From contig NC_042997.1 in assembly GCF_006345805.1 (NCBI RefSeq), positions 41,478,001 through 41,542,000 of the forward strand: a stretch of DNA of 64,000 bases, written 5' to 3'. Position numbers and translations under genes: made by a program. Source of the stretch: Octopus sinensis. Its lineage: Eukaryota. The first letter of the stretch is position 1; each line of letters starts with the position of its first letter. Under the pieces are notes generated by a model. That model searched no databases, was not told the DNA's origin, and was given only the letters and a program-made list of their open reading frames with translations. Shown here piece by piece: positions 53,170 through 64,000 of the stretch.

Positions 53170-53475
53170 GCTGCCTCCTCCTTATCGAGTATGGCCATTG
53201 CACGAAGCTTAACTGTTACTGGTGCTGTGATCGAATGTGACTTTTTAGCCACATTCTTGTACAGAATTGGCAACTAAAACCTTTACTGGTAATAGCCGGC
53301 TGTAGTTGTAACTGGGCCTCATGTACCTTTTCATGTCGTTTAAGTCCTCCTGCCGAATTACACTCTCTTCCACATGCCCGGCAGATATGATTAGTATGGT
53401 GTGTTACACCACCACCAGTGGCCAGGTTGTCACTCATCTGTCTCGCTCTATGACTACGAAGATGACTCTTTAGTA
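53170..53475 (-). mobile_element. LINE 3' end encoding C2H2-type zinc fingers (RTE-like), between (TA)n tracts
   Basis: HICRACGRECNSAGGLKRHEKVH and FSCQFC...KSHIRSQH; no splice signals seen; abuts microsatellites on both sides. Confidence 0.55.
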
Positions 53476-53637
53476 CATATATATACATATATATGTATAT
53501 AAACTATGTATTTATATATGTATATATATATAGATATATATATATATATATATATGTATGTATATATGTATGTATATATAGTATATATATATTACATATA
53601 TATATATGTTTGTATATATATATATGTATATATATGT

Positions 53638-53747
<110 letters not shown>

Positions 53748-54060
53748 CATAATATATATGACTGTTTATTTCTATTTTCTACAAGTGGTGAATTACAAGG
53801 ATATGTCGTATGTGGAGTCCCACTTGTAGAAAATATAAATAAACAGTCTTGACTGCTATTTCTAATTTCTCGGTATGCGGCCAAGCAGCCTGTTGCCTGC
53901 CCCATTTATTTATATACAATATATATACTAAACTTTACAGAAGTTCCTACCGTTAATCGGTTATATTTACATACCGAATTCTACCAGTAAGTAACCATTA
54001 TAGGAATTATTTACTCTTATTATTATATATATATATGTATATATATATGCATATGTATAA

Positions 54061-54129
<69 letters not shown>

Positions 54130-54255
54130 CCTGTGTGTGTGTGTATGTATATATATGTATATATATATGTATATATATAATTGTATATATTTGTATATAT
54201 GTATATATGTGTATATATATATGTATATATATATGTATATATATTTATATATATA

Positions 54256-54735
54256 TATAACAATTTAGGAGTGACCTTAACAGGCCATTCGTCCACCAGA
54301 AAGAGCAGCCATAACTCACACCGCCAAGTAGTAGTAATTCAGAAATTAGGTGAAAATTTAAAAACATTTACCCTAATTCATCTTTTAGACGATGCATCGT
54401 TTCTGTGTTATTAATGATTGGCGCGAATACGTCGGTCTTGAAAATTTTAAGACAGATATTCCGGAGGCATCGATACAGACGCCTCGTGTATATTTGTCTC
54501 TCCCAGGTTTTTTACTGATGAAGTGTGACCTATGGTAGATTAGCTTAATTTAATTTAATTAAGCTAATTTAATCATTAATAACACAGAAACGATGCATCG
54601 TCTAAAAGATGAATTAGGGTAAATGTTTTTAAATTTTCACCTAATTTTTGAATTACTACTACTTGGCGGTGTGAGTTATGGCTGCTCTTTCTGGTGGACG
54701 AATGGCCTGTTAAGGTCACTCCTAAATTGTTATAT
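54256..54735. mobile_element. Penelope-LTR-like foldback element: ~164-bp inverted arms, 151-bp spacer
   Basis: 54256-54419 is the reverse complement of 54571-54735 with one mismatch seen; (TA)n flanks. Confidence 0.85.
54510..54607 (+). ncRNA. Type I hammerhead ribozyme motif, near-canonical
   Basis: TTTTA CTGATGA A GTGT...ACAC A GAAA CGATGCATCG TC TAAAA; 12-bp hairpin attagcttaatt/aattaagctaat within loop II. Confidence 0.65.
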
Positions 54736-54894
54736 TTATATATTTAGTCTTTGACTATTTTCTCTTTTCCACTAGGCCGCTGGTAGCGATAAATTTCTAT
54801 TGAATTTTTGCTACCCTAAATTGACTATTTATATATATATTATATATATATATATATGTATATATATATGTGTGTATATATATGTGTGTATATG

Positions 54895-54964
<70 letters not shown>

Positions 54965-54995
54965 ATGTATATATGTACATATGTATATATATACA

Positions 54996-55030
<35 letters not shown>

Positions 55031-55126
55031 GATTAATATATATATATAAATAATGTAAGTTCTTTGTATGCATATATATAGCATGTATATATTATTATAC
55101 AAAATATGTGTATTTAGAATATATAT

Positions 55127-55775
55127 ACTAGCAAGTCACCCGGCCTTCGCTCCGGTATGCACTGTACACAAATCTATTCAAAAGGCATCTTTCGTAATGC
55201 TTATCTATAAAATCTCAGCTAAAGGCTACTAGTCGCCACTCTTCACAAGAAAACGTCCTAAATTCCAAACTGACTTGCAGTTGGTCAGATATTTCCTGTT
55301 CTCTGGAACATTCATTTCTATCTGCGTTACTTTGAAGTTGTTCTGTTAACGTATATTCAGTTAAGCTGGTTTTTCTATTGGTTTCAGACTCCAACCTTTG
55401 TCATTTCTCCTATGGTGTTTCGTGTCACACCTGGTGGACTTGTCTACTCGTTTGAAACTGGCCTTTTTACTTCTCGTTGCTGTTGTATATCCACGGCATT
55501 TCTTTGTCCCTTACACTGGTGCCTGTCTTTCTTCTTGTGTTTCCATAACCCTTCGACTTTCGGAGCGTTGGGCTTCGGATGACAGAAAAATTTTATGTTA
55601 TCTTCTACGATTCATACTGTTTGTCCTGAAGTAAAATATTTAAAACATCAAAAATAAATCCCGTAACATGCAATTCATTTTTGTCGTTTTTAAATTCAAT
55701 GACGTCTCTTTATTTCATTCGTTTACCAAACTTCATAAAAATCGGTCCAGTAAATGTTCCTCTATCTTTATATAT
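55127..55775 (+). mobile_element. Non-autonomous Helitron/Helentron-like element
   Basis: Starts actagc...acccggccttcgctccgg (small hairpin); ends accaaacttcataaaaatcggtccagta...tttatatat; a similar end at ~52720-52840. Confidence 0.45.
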
Positions 55776-57137
55776 ACATATGTATGTTTATGTGTGTGTA
55801 TGCATGTGTGCATGCATAGGAAATAGATTAATTTAGTATAGACTAATAATAAAGGAATGAAACTGAACCAGTGCGTGTGTTAATAATGTTGGCATATGAT
55901 CCTCCCAAGACAGAAAAACAATTCATATATGTATATATTTTTATATTTTGTCACCAGCATGGCTGAGCGATAAGAAGCTTGCTTCCCAACCATATGGTTC
56001 CGGGTTCGATCCCGTCAAGCCATGGCATTTGACTCCCATAACTTGGTGGTTCGCTTAAAGATAGTGATGAAATAAGTATTAGGCTGAATAAACGCCCCGG
56101 GGTCGGTTTGTTCAACCAAAACCCTTGAAGGCGGTGCTCCAGCATGGCTGCTGTCTAATGCCCGAAACAAGTAAAACAATAAAAAATTTATTTGTTGTGC
56201 AAGAAGTTTTATGTGAAGTCGTGTTTTGAAACAGATATTGTTGTATTTCGGAATGGTCATTTCGCCTGTTTAGCCAATAAAAACACACGCACAATATATT
56301 TGGTGTTACTTTGCTTCAGTGTTATTAATTTTATACATTAATCTTAATCTTATTTCGGCCAGAGTTCTTTCGTCGCACTCCTGTGACCGCATCAGTGGTC
56401 ATTTGCTTTCTTCTTTCTTATTTGTGTGTCTCCTTACTAACCGTCAGCCATATATATTAATATATATATATATATATATATATACAAATTTACAGGAAAC
56501 AAAAGACGAAGACAGGTCAGGTGATGGCACAACAAGCAAGTGTATTAGTTTGACACTCGGGAAAATGAAGAAGTCTTTGTTGATCAGAGCCTACGCTCTT
56601 CGACAGAAAGGATTGAGTGGCGGAGATGTAGTCAGAAAGAAAATAAAGGAGAGAGATATAATATATAAGGATTAAAAGTTGAACATGAAGAAATGCCTGG
56701 AAAAAAAGGCTGAGTGAAAGGGAGCTGATAATGCTGATCCTGATGAACTAGGGTGCGTAAACGCGTGTCTGTATTTAAGAAGGATGCGTGGGTATGCATG
56801 TGTAGATGGAGACGAGTGCGTGTGAATGTATGTGTGGGCGAGCTCAAAATTATATGGTCCTGAGTGTGCGCACGGAGCGTGTGTGTGTGTGTGTGCGTAT
56901 GGACATGTATACGAAGCTGCGTATATCCTGTGTGTGCGTGCATGTATGCAAAAGCATCTGTGTAGCAGTTAATGTCTGCTTATTTGATTGGTGTGTGCAC
57001 ATGTATGTATGTAAGTGCATGTGTATGTGAGTGGGTGTGGTTGAGTGCAGAATGGTGTATGGTCTGAGAAGTGAGTTGAACAGTGTGCAGGTTCGGGGTT
57101 CTGATAGTGGTGCATGTGGTGAAGTAACTGGTGAGTG

Positions 57138-57209
<72 letters not shown>

Positions 57210-58369
57210 CCAGGCTGTCTGGTGCCGATTCGGCTCCACTGACCACAGAATTTGTACCATTCCTCTTCTGCTCTCGTATTGCTCCTGCAGGTTCTTCTAA
57301 ACATTTATTATTAAATCAACTTCGCATCTGGCTGGAGGTCTTCTGAGTGGCTTCTTCCATTCGCAAGTGTGTGGAGCTGTATTGTCCAGTGGTTAGGGTG
57401 TTGGACTCACAATTGCAAGATCGTAGGTTTGATTCCTGGACAGGGTGTCGCTTTGTGATCTTGTGCGAAACAATTCCTTTCCCATTGCTGTAAATGGTTA
57501 ACCTACGACAGACTGGACTTCATAATGTTGGTCTGCTTTCTTAACCAGTGGGGTAACATCATCCGAATGCTAAAACGATGCAAAGCGCATTGTGTTTAGT
57601 GATGTGTAACCTCTGACTGTGTTTGATCACCTTACAACTGCACGGTTTGTGACTCTTGCGACATGAGCGGACCATCGTAGCTTTGTGTGGTGGTATTCTG
57701 CGACGATGTCCTTCACTTCATTTCTATATGCACACGCGTATACACATACATAGACTTATATATGTACGTATATGCATATAAAGCAATCATTTTACACCTT
57801 TTCTCCATACTAGCATGGGTTGTATGAGTATATTATTGATCCATTCTTTTTGTACCTGGATCCCCTTCATGTTATTAACCCTTACCTGTTATTCAGGGAA
57901 TCACTTATTCCAATGGTTTGTCTATTAACAGGGTAAATGATAAGCTAATCGTTCATAGCTGAGCAATTTTCAGTAAAAGCAAATGGAAACACACACACAC
58001 ACAAACACACACACAACATACACACACACACACACATATATATATATATTATATATATATATATATTATATATATATATATAATATATATATAGACACGT
58101 ACACACATACGCACACACACACAAACACTTCAGTTTGGCAGTTTTTTCACTGGGTACTTGCCCAAGGTGTCATACAGTGGGACAAAACTGGTGGTTGGCG
58201 TTTGGAAGGGCATCCAGCTGTAAAATTCCTGCCAAAATAGACAATAGTCTAGGGTACCTGGCCGACACTTGTCATCCATCTTACTCATGAATGGATGAAA
58301 CGCGGACGTCAAGTGGTGATGGCGGTGATATATATATATATATATATATATATGAAAAAATAAGTCAAA

Positions 58370-58700
58370 ATAGAAAATGCTAAAATAATTTTATAAAGAA
58401 CATTTCAGTACCGGTTTCAGTCATTTTGAGACCTTTTCAACTGTAACGATTAAATAATTAAAGTTAGAAAAATTAAAAGAAATGTTTTTTTAAAGGAATA
58501 TTTGTATAGTGTTCAAATATAAGTGGCATTTTCCTTGTTTCTGCATTGCTCTGAAATTTTGGGAGTGCCTTGATTGTTGTATTTTGAATGGTCAGTGGCG
58601 GCTAGCAGTTCATGAGAGTATTTCTATTGAAAGGTTTTTCTATAGAATTTGCGTAGGTGTTATACTAAAAAGCATTAGTGATAAAGTTAGGAAGTAGAAG
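58370..58700 (-). mobile_element. Penelope-like LTR fragment with decayed minimal hammerhead
   Basis: Same strand and within ~400 bp of the GIY-YIG remnant; motif at 58406-58443. Confidence 0.55.
58406..58443 (-). ncRNA. Degenerate minimal type I hammerhead (38 nt)
   Basis: CAG TTGAAAA GGTC tcaaaat GACT GAAA CCGG TA CTG; two core substitutions relative to CTGAAGA. Confidence 0.55.
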
Positions 58701-58709
58701 GGGGAGAAG

Positions 58710-58735
58710 AAGATGAAGAAAAAGAGGAAGAAGAA

Positions 58736-58787
<52 letters not shown>

Positions 58788-58990
58788 TTGATGATGCTGA
58801 AGAAGAAGAAGAAGAAGAAGAGGAAGAAAAAGAAGAAGAGGAAGTAGAAGATGAGATGATGATGATATGATGATGATGATGATGAATGATGATGAGATGA
58901 TGATGATGATGAAGAAGGGGAAGAAAAGAAAAGAAGAAGAAGAAGAAGAAGAAGAAAAAAAGAAGAAAAGAAGAAAGAGGAGGGAGAATA
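58710..58990. repeat. Compound (GAA)n/(GAT)n microsatellite
   Basis: Direct reading. Confidence 0.95.
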
Positions 58991-59109
58991 TGAATGAGTG
59001 GAAGTAGTGAGGTGTTGTATAACTAAGTTGGCACGTTATGGTTATAGCTGTGATTGGGGCTGATTTGTAGTGGATTCTTAGGAATGTAATATTTGCGTGT
59101 GTATTTATG

Positions 59110-59725
59110 TTATTCTAAAGCAGAGGGGTATATATCGTTTGTCGTAGACCCGTTCAGAAGGGGCTTATATTTTGTAATAAAGAGAGTTTCTTTACTTATT
59201 CGTTGGCTCGAGGTTGTATCGTCCCTGAATTGGTAGAGGGGGAAAATCCTGAAGTTTGGTGTTTTGTTGTTGGTGCAAGTATCTATGTGTTGGCTGAATG
59301 TTATTTTTCTGTTTTGGGGAATTTTTATCTGGGATCTGTGCAGGACCATTCTTTTACGCAAATTATTTTTCGTTTGGCCTATGTACTGCTCTTGACACCC
59401 AGAGCAGATTAGTGTGTATATCAAGTTCTCCGAAGCACATGTGAAGTTGCTTTTCTCTGTAAACCGTTGTTTGAAGGAGAACCCTGATCCTTCAATTACA
59501 TAATCGCATATCCCGCAATTGGGTCTACCACATTTTTTTTACTGTCGGCTTCTGTGTTGTAGAGTGTTTTCGGGCTTGTGTTAGGAGACATTTCATAGAT
59601 TTAGGCTGTCTCTTGCTTTTTATGATCGTGTGTGTTTTTGGAGGATTGTGTTCATTCAGTGGTCTTTTTTTAGCAGGGGTATGTTTTGGAGGATGGTGTC
59701 GAAGGCTTCATTGTTGAGAGGGTTG
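59110..59725 (-). mobile_element. Penelope-like element 3' coding remnant (GIY-YIG endonuclease)
   Basis: CGRPNCGIC linker; IYTLICSGCQEQYIGQT...RMVLHRSQI; KETLFITKYKPLLN. Confidence 0.85.
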
Positions 59726-60356
59726 TGTGTGGAGATGTATGTGGAGATGTATATATATATATATAAATATATCAATATGCATGTATATATAAGGGAAATG
59801 TATTAAATAATTATGAATAGTCATAAAGATATTTGCAAAAATCTATAAAGTAAGCACTTGTTGATAGTGTCCGATTTGATCTCATCTACTTTGCTAGTGT
59901 TTCGACAAAGATCAATACAGGAGGTTTTATTGAACAAACTCAGTTTCATTGATTCTTTTACTATTTTTCGTAATTTTTCCTTTTTAGAGAATCAGTTTGT
60001 CTTTGATACAAAGCACCCTCCACCGTAGCTGGGCTATGATCCACAGATTTATAGCTCGACATGTACGCTGCCTCTACGTAGCTGATCAACAGACTGTACA
60101 TTCCAATATTGAGGGTTTAATAGTAACCAGTCAATCTGTAATCTAACCTAGAGACACAACACAATGACTGTTGTTAGGTTTATTAGTGTCAAGAAGAACA
60201 TTCAGCTATGAATAATACTTTAGATAAACTGAAGTTTACAATATCAGTGTTATCTTATGCAAGATTTTAGAACCATCAACTTCTGTGTATTGTTGTTTAC
60301 CTCATTTTATAAGTTTTTAAAAACTGTTTTAATTTTTTTTGTCATCTTTTATTCAG

Positions 60357-60445
60357 AAGACATGGAGGGTTGTACAATCATTCGTAAAATTGAAGATGGT
60401 GACGTTGAAGGGTTGATAACCTTGATAGAGGAGCTGCCAGGCCAA
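60357..60445 (+). CDS. Small exon with probable start codon (ATG 60362); MEGCTIIRKIEDGDVEGLITLIEELPGQ, possibly an ankyrin-repeat protein N-terminus
   Basis: Polypyrimidine tract and CAG acceptor at 60354-56; GTAAGT donor at 60446; 28 codons, phase 0; product is a weak resemblance only. Confidence 0.55.
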
Positions 60446-60609
60446 GTAAGTTGTTCTGTTTATTGCTTTCTCAAATTTGCGTATTTCTTTATTATTTTAT
60501 ACGCAATTTGAAAACTTCAAACAAACTGCATATATTTCTCCATAATATTTCATTTCTTTCTTCATCTCTTTCCTCTAATCGCCATTAATGTTATAATAAA
60601 ATTCTTGAC

Positions 60610-60835
60610 CAAGGCAGCGAGTTGGCAGAATCGTTAGCACGCCAGGTGAAATGTTTAGCAGTATTTCGTCTGTGTTTACGTTCTGAGATCAAATTCCGCG
60701 AGGTCTACTTTTCCTGGTAACCTTTCGAGTAGATAAATTAAGTACCAGTTGCGCAATGTGGTTGGTTTAATCGACTGGCCCCACTCCCCCAAAATATAAG
60801 GCCTTGTGCCTTGAGTAGAAAAGAATATTATTATT
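60610..60835 (+). mobile_element. tRNA-derived SINE (family of 38350-38580)
   Basis: aaggcagcgagttggcagaatcgttagcacgcc...aggccttgtgccttgagtagaaaag. Confidence 0.8.
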
Positions 60836-60849
60836 GACCAAATTTTGAG

Positions 60850-61900
60850 CATGGCAAATTTAATGGAATGTGAATGAGAGAGAAATCCATCATCACACAC
60901 TGCAAGGGAGTATTCTGACATGAAATTTTCAGATGAGATGTAAGACAGATGGAGTCCGTAGATGGATGGTGACTTTTTAAAGAAGTCCTCCTGCTATACA
61001 CAGTCGAAGGTTTTACTGATGTCAAGAGCTACACCATTTTATGCAGAATTTGTCAAACATATGAAAACACTGGTGTGTCACACAGGTACCAAGCCCCTCT
61101 TGATCTGGCTTTATAAAATTGTACTGGTGTTCATTGAATAATGAAAGATACCTAAAGGGACAAATATGATGGTTGCTTGTGACTATTTACTTCATTATTG
61201 AAACATTGGAAGTTAGAATGACTGCATGGTAGTCACTCGATAAGATATTGTCTGCAGGAATATTGAGCAGGATTTCCCAGTGAGGTCAGTATTACCCATG
61301 TGTGGGGACGCTGTGGGAAAATATTATATGAGTTTATGATTATATGAAACACAAAGAATGTGTACCCGAGTTTAACTGAAGCTATGTATCAACGGTTGGA
61401 TCAGTAAAGAAATCTAAGTGGTGAAGCATCAAGTATTCACTTATTCTGGTGAAGGTTCTGTGGTAAGTAGTCACCCATGTCAAGACTAGGATCGAGAGGG
61501 AAATTAATCTGATCTGGTATTAATGGAAACGACATTAAAAATGTGTTATATAGAGTCGCAGCAAGGTGAGGGACATTGAGAAATCCTTGGTAAATGAAAA
61601 GAAACCACATTTAAAAGGTTTAAGAATCCCTGGTATAGGACCGTCATGGTTAGAAAGCAGTTGGTAGGATGATTTTGTTAAATTTATAGAGATTATGTTG
61701 GTAGGAGACCAGAAATCTTGGTTTTAAAATAGGAGTGAAGAGAGCTGACAGATTGTGAAATGCAGAAAGAAGCATCCTTTATTTTCTTGATGACCATCAT
61801 ACCTGTAATTCAATGGTGGTTGTATGTCTGCTACTTTGTGATGGTAGGTGTTTTCCTCCAGATGATGTTGATAGTGTTGTCTAAACAGATGTATTACAGT
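60850..61900 (-). mobile_element. Highly decayed LINE RT remnant
   Basis: Minus-strand LDISKTFDCV motif at ~60990-61030; otherwise heavily mutated; boundaries uncertain. Confidence 0.45.
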
Positions 61901-62229
61901 TGTGTATGAACAACTCACATCTTTTAACATTTTGTATGGCTACAAAGTACTAACGAAGCACTTAATTTAAAATGAAGCACTGCCTTATTTATGTTTTTAT
62001 ACCCCTTTCGTTTCCTTTCATTTGTATCCACTTTTTCATATTTTGAACATATTCAACAGAAGTTGGTGTCATCCAGATGTTCCCACAGATATCTTGTCTC
62101 AAATAATTACTTTGTATTAGATTCAGTGACAAACATAAAGTGGTTTTCTTTCTCTTCATTGAGCTTATGCATGAATTGAACCATCTTCCTAAGCATTTCG
62201 GGGAGCATGGTAATCAGGGAGAGCGGTAA

Positions 62230-63830
62230 GGTAACCAAAAAAATCAGGCTCCAAGTGCAAGGAGCATTCCATCAATAGAGGTAAATCCTAGTAAATGCCT
62301 TGAAAAGATGTTTGACAAGTCGCTGTCAGAGAGAATCATTGTCACCAAAATTGTGAAGCAAGCAGAGGAGTGGCTGATGAGGATTTATAGATCAGGGCTT
62401 CCAGGAAAGTTCAGGACATGGCTCTACCAACACAGACTGCTCCCAAGACTCATATGGTTGCTGACGCTGTATGATGTTCCAATGACGAGTGTGGAAAGGG
62501 TGGAGAGAAAGATAACTAAATACCTCCGAAGATTGCTAGGAGTTTCCCAAGCTTCACTTCAGTAGGCCTGTTCATAAGATCTGGAAGGCTACAACTTCCC
62601 CTGTCGTATTTAATGGAGGAATTTAAAGTAGCAAAATGTAACGTAATGATGTAGAGGGACTCTAAGGACGAGCTTGTCAGACATGCAGGTATTACCACAA
62701 GGTGTGGGTAACTAGCACCGCTGTCGGTCAGGCTGAAGGCATGCAGGAGCTACGCGCCATAATTGGAGCTACATGTTGGGGTTGCCAGGGAATTGGCTCT
62801 TCCTATTTCCAACAATGGAAGAAAGCTGACACCAGGGAGTGGTGGGCTATGACTCAGAAAGCAATGAGGAACCAGGAGGAAGATAAAAGGAAATCAAGAC
62901 GTGTGGAGTTGGTATCTCTGGGTGCATGGACTAAATGGGATCTCCCTAAGAGGAAGCTCTCATGGACTGACCTGTGGAGGCTGGAACCTTTGCACATCTC
63001 CTTCCTGCATGGAGCGGTGTATGACACACTCCTGACGCCAACAAACCTTCACAGATAGGGTTTGAGGGAAGACCAGTTGTGTAGACTTTGTGGGAAAGGG
63101 GCACTCTGGCACACATCTTGGAAGGGTGCAGAATAACACTTTCTCAAGGCAGATACAAATACTTGCTCAAACCCTGGAACAGTAAAGAGGTAAGAAACAT
63201 CATCACCAAGGGAAGATAACTTCCGCAATTCAGTTCGTGAAAGAGGGAGAGAAACCAGTAAAGCCAGCAAAAGCAAAACATAGCTTGCTGCAAGGGTCTC
63301 AACCATGGGATATGAGGGTAGACTTAGGGAAGAGATTGCAGTTTCCCCAGGTTGTCCACAAAACTCTGAGGCCAGATGTGCTCCTGTGGTCTGAAAAGGC
63401 CCAGAAAATTATCATAATTGAAAGAAGTCACGTGGGGAGCGGGTTGTAACGAGGCCCATGAACGGAAGTGTGACAGATATAAGAGCATTCTGCAGGATTG
63501 CAGGGAGAAGGAATGGCAGGTATGGATTTTCCTAGTGGAGGTTGGCTGTAGGGGATTCTTTGCCCAGTTGGCATGGAAGATTTCTACAGCAACTTCAATG
63601 AGAGGTAAGGAGGGAAGGGTGGCTGTGCGCATGATGGGAGAGGCAACTAAAAGAGCCTTTTTGCTGGCTTGGTGTAAGAGAGAAGATTAACGCAGGAAGA
63701 CAGGAGGAGTTGATGAGCAGTGAATTGGCCACTTCTGTTGACCCACCAACAGTAGGGTGTAACGGTTCTGGGTCGAAACATCCGATGAACGAGGATAACG
63801 TCTGACGACATTGGTTTCTCCTGGACAAGG
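62230..63830 (+). mobile_element. Second Hero-like non-LTR retrotransposon fragment (different family), RT core deleted
   Basis: GLPGKFRTWLYQHRLLPRLIW, RKLSWTDLWRLEP, YDTLLTPTNLHR, LRPDVLLWSE, EAHERK...Y, VEVGCRGF. Confidence 0.85.
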
Positions 63831-63887
63831 CTCCATTCACTTTGGTCAATAGATAAAACACATCCTTATGGGTGTTATTAACTCGTG

Positions 63888-63926
<39 letters not shown>

Positions 63927-64000
63927 ATGTATGTGTGTGTATACTGCCAAGCAAATGTGTGTGTATTATTGAGTAGGGGTTGTGTGTGTGTGTATGCATG

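Noticed and set aside
53216-53488. Host C2H2 zinc-finger gene
   Set aside because: No splice sites or canonical linkers seen; bounded by (TA)n and ends like a LINE 3' terminus.

Overview
This is AT-rich, repeat-dense animal genomic DNA, most likely a coleoid cephalopod (octopus-like). That assignment is inferred from the SINE/RTE repeat families and the abundant (TA)n, (CA)n and (CAT)n tracts. There is a 100-N scaffold gap at 27236-27335. Only two host-gene exons are recognisable. One is a 1.54-kb exon (7885-9421) of a PARP14/PARP9-like macrodomain protein, broken by one extra A. The other is a small ATG-containing exon (60357-60445), possibly the start of an ankyrin-repeat protein. The rest is mostly transposon debris: RTE, CR1, R4/Dong-like and Hero-like LINEs, Penelope-like pieces, one Ty3/Gypsy element with a target-site duplication, mariner and hAT elements, a decayed Chapaev-like transposase, many SINEs and two large minisatellites. 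The main discovery is a set of hammerhead-ribozyme motifs in non-coding, Penelope-associated repeats. A ~607-bp non-coding unit in tandem plus inverted copies (16891-18572) carries complete hammerhead cores, which is retrozyme-like. A second near-complete hammerhead sits in a foldback element (54256-54735), and decayed ones occur elsewhere. Other oddities are discordant LTRs on a single Gypsy insertion, a shuffled ~2-kb local duplication with templated junctions, a SINE-derived tandem array, a 12-monomer higher-order block in a minisatellite, and several palindromes anchored in (TA)n. Boundaries of decayed repeats are approximate; no database searches were run.
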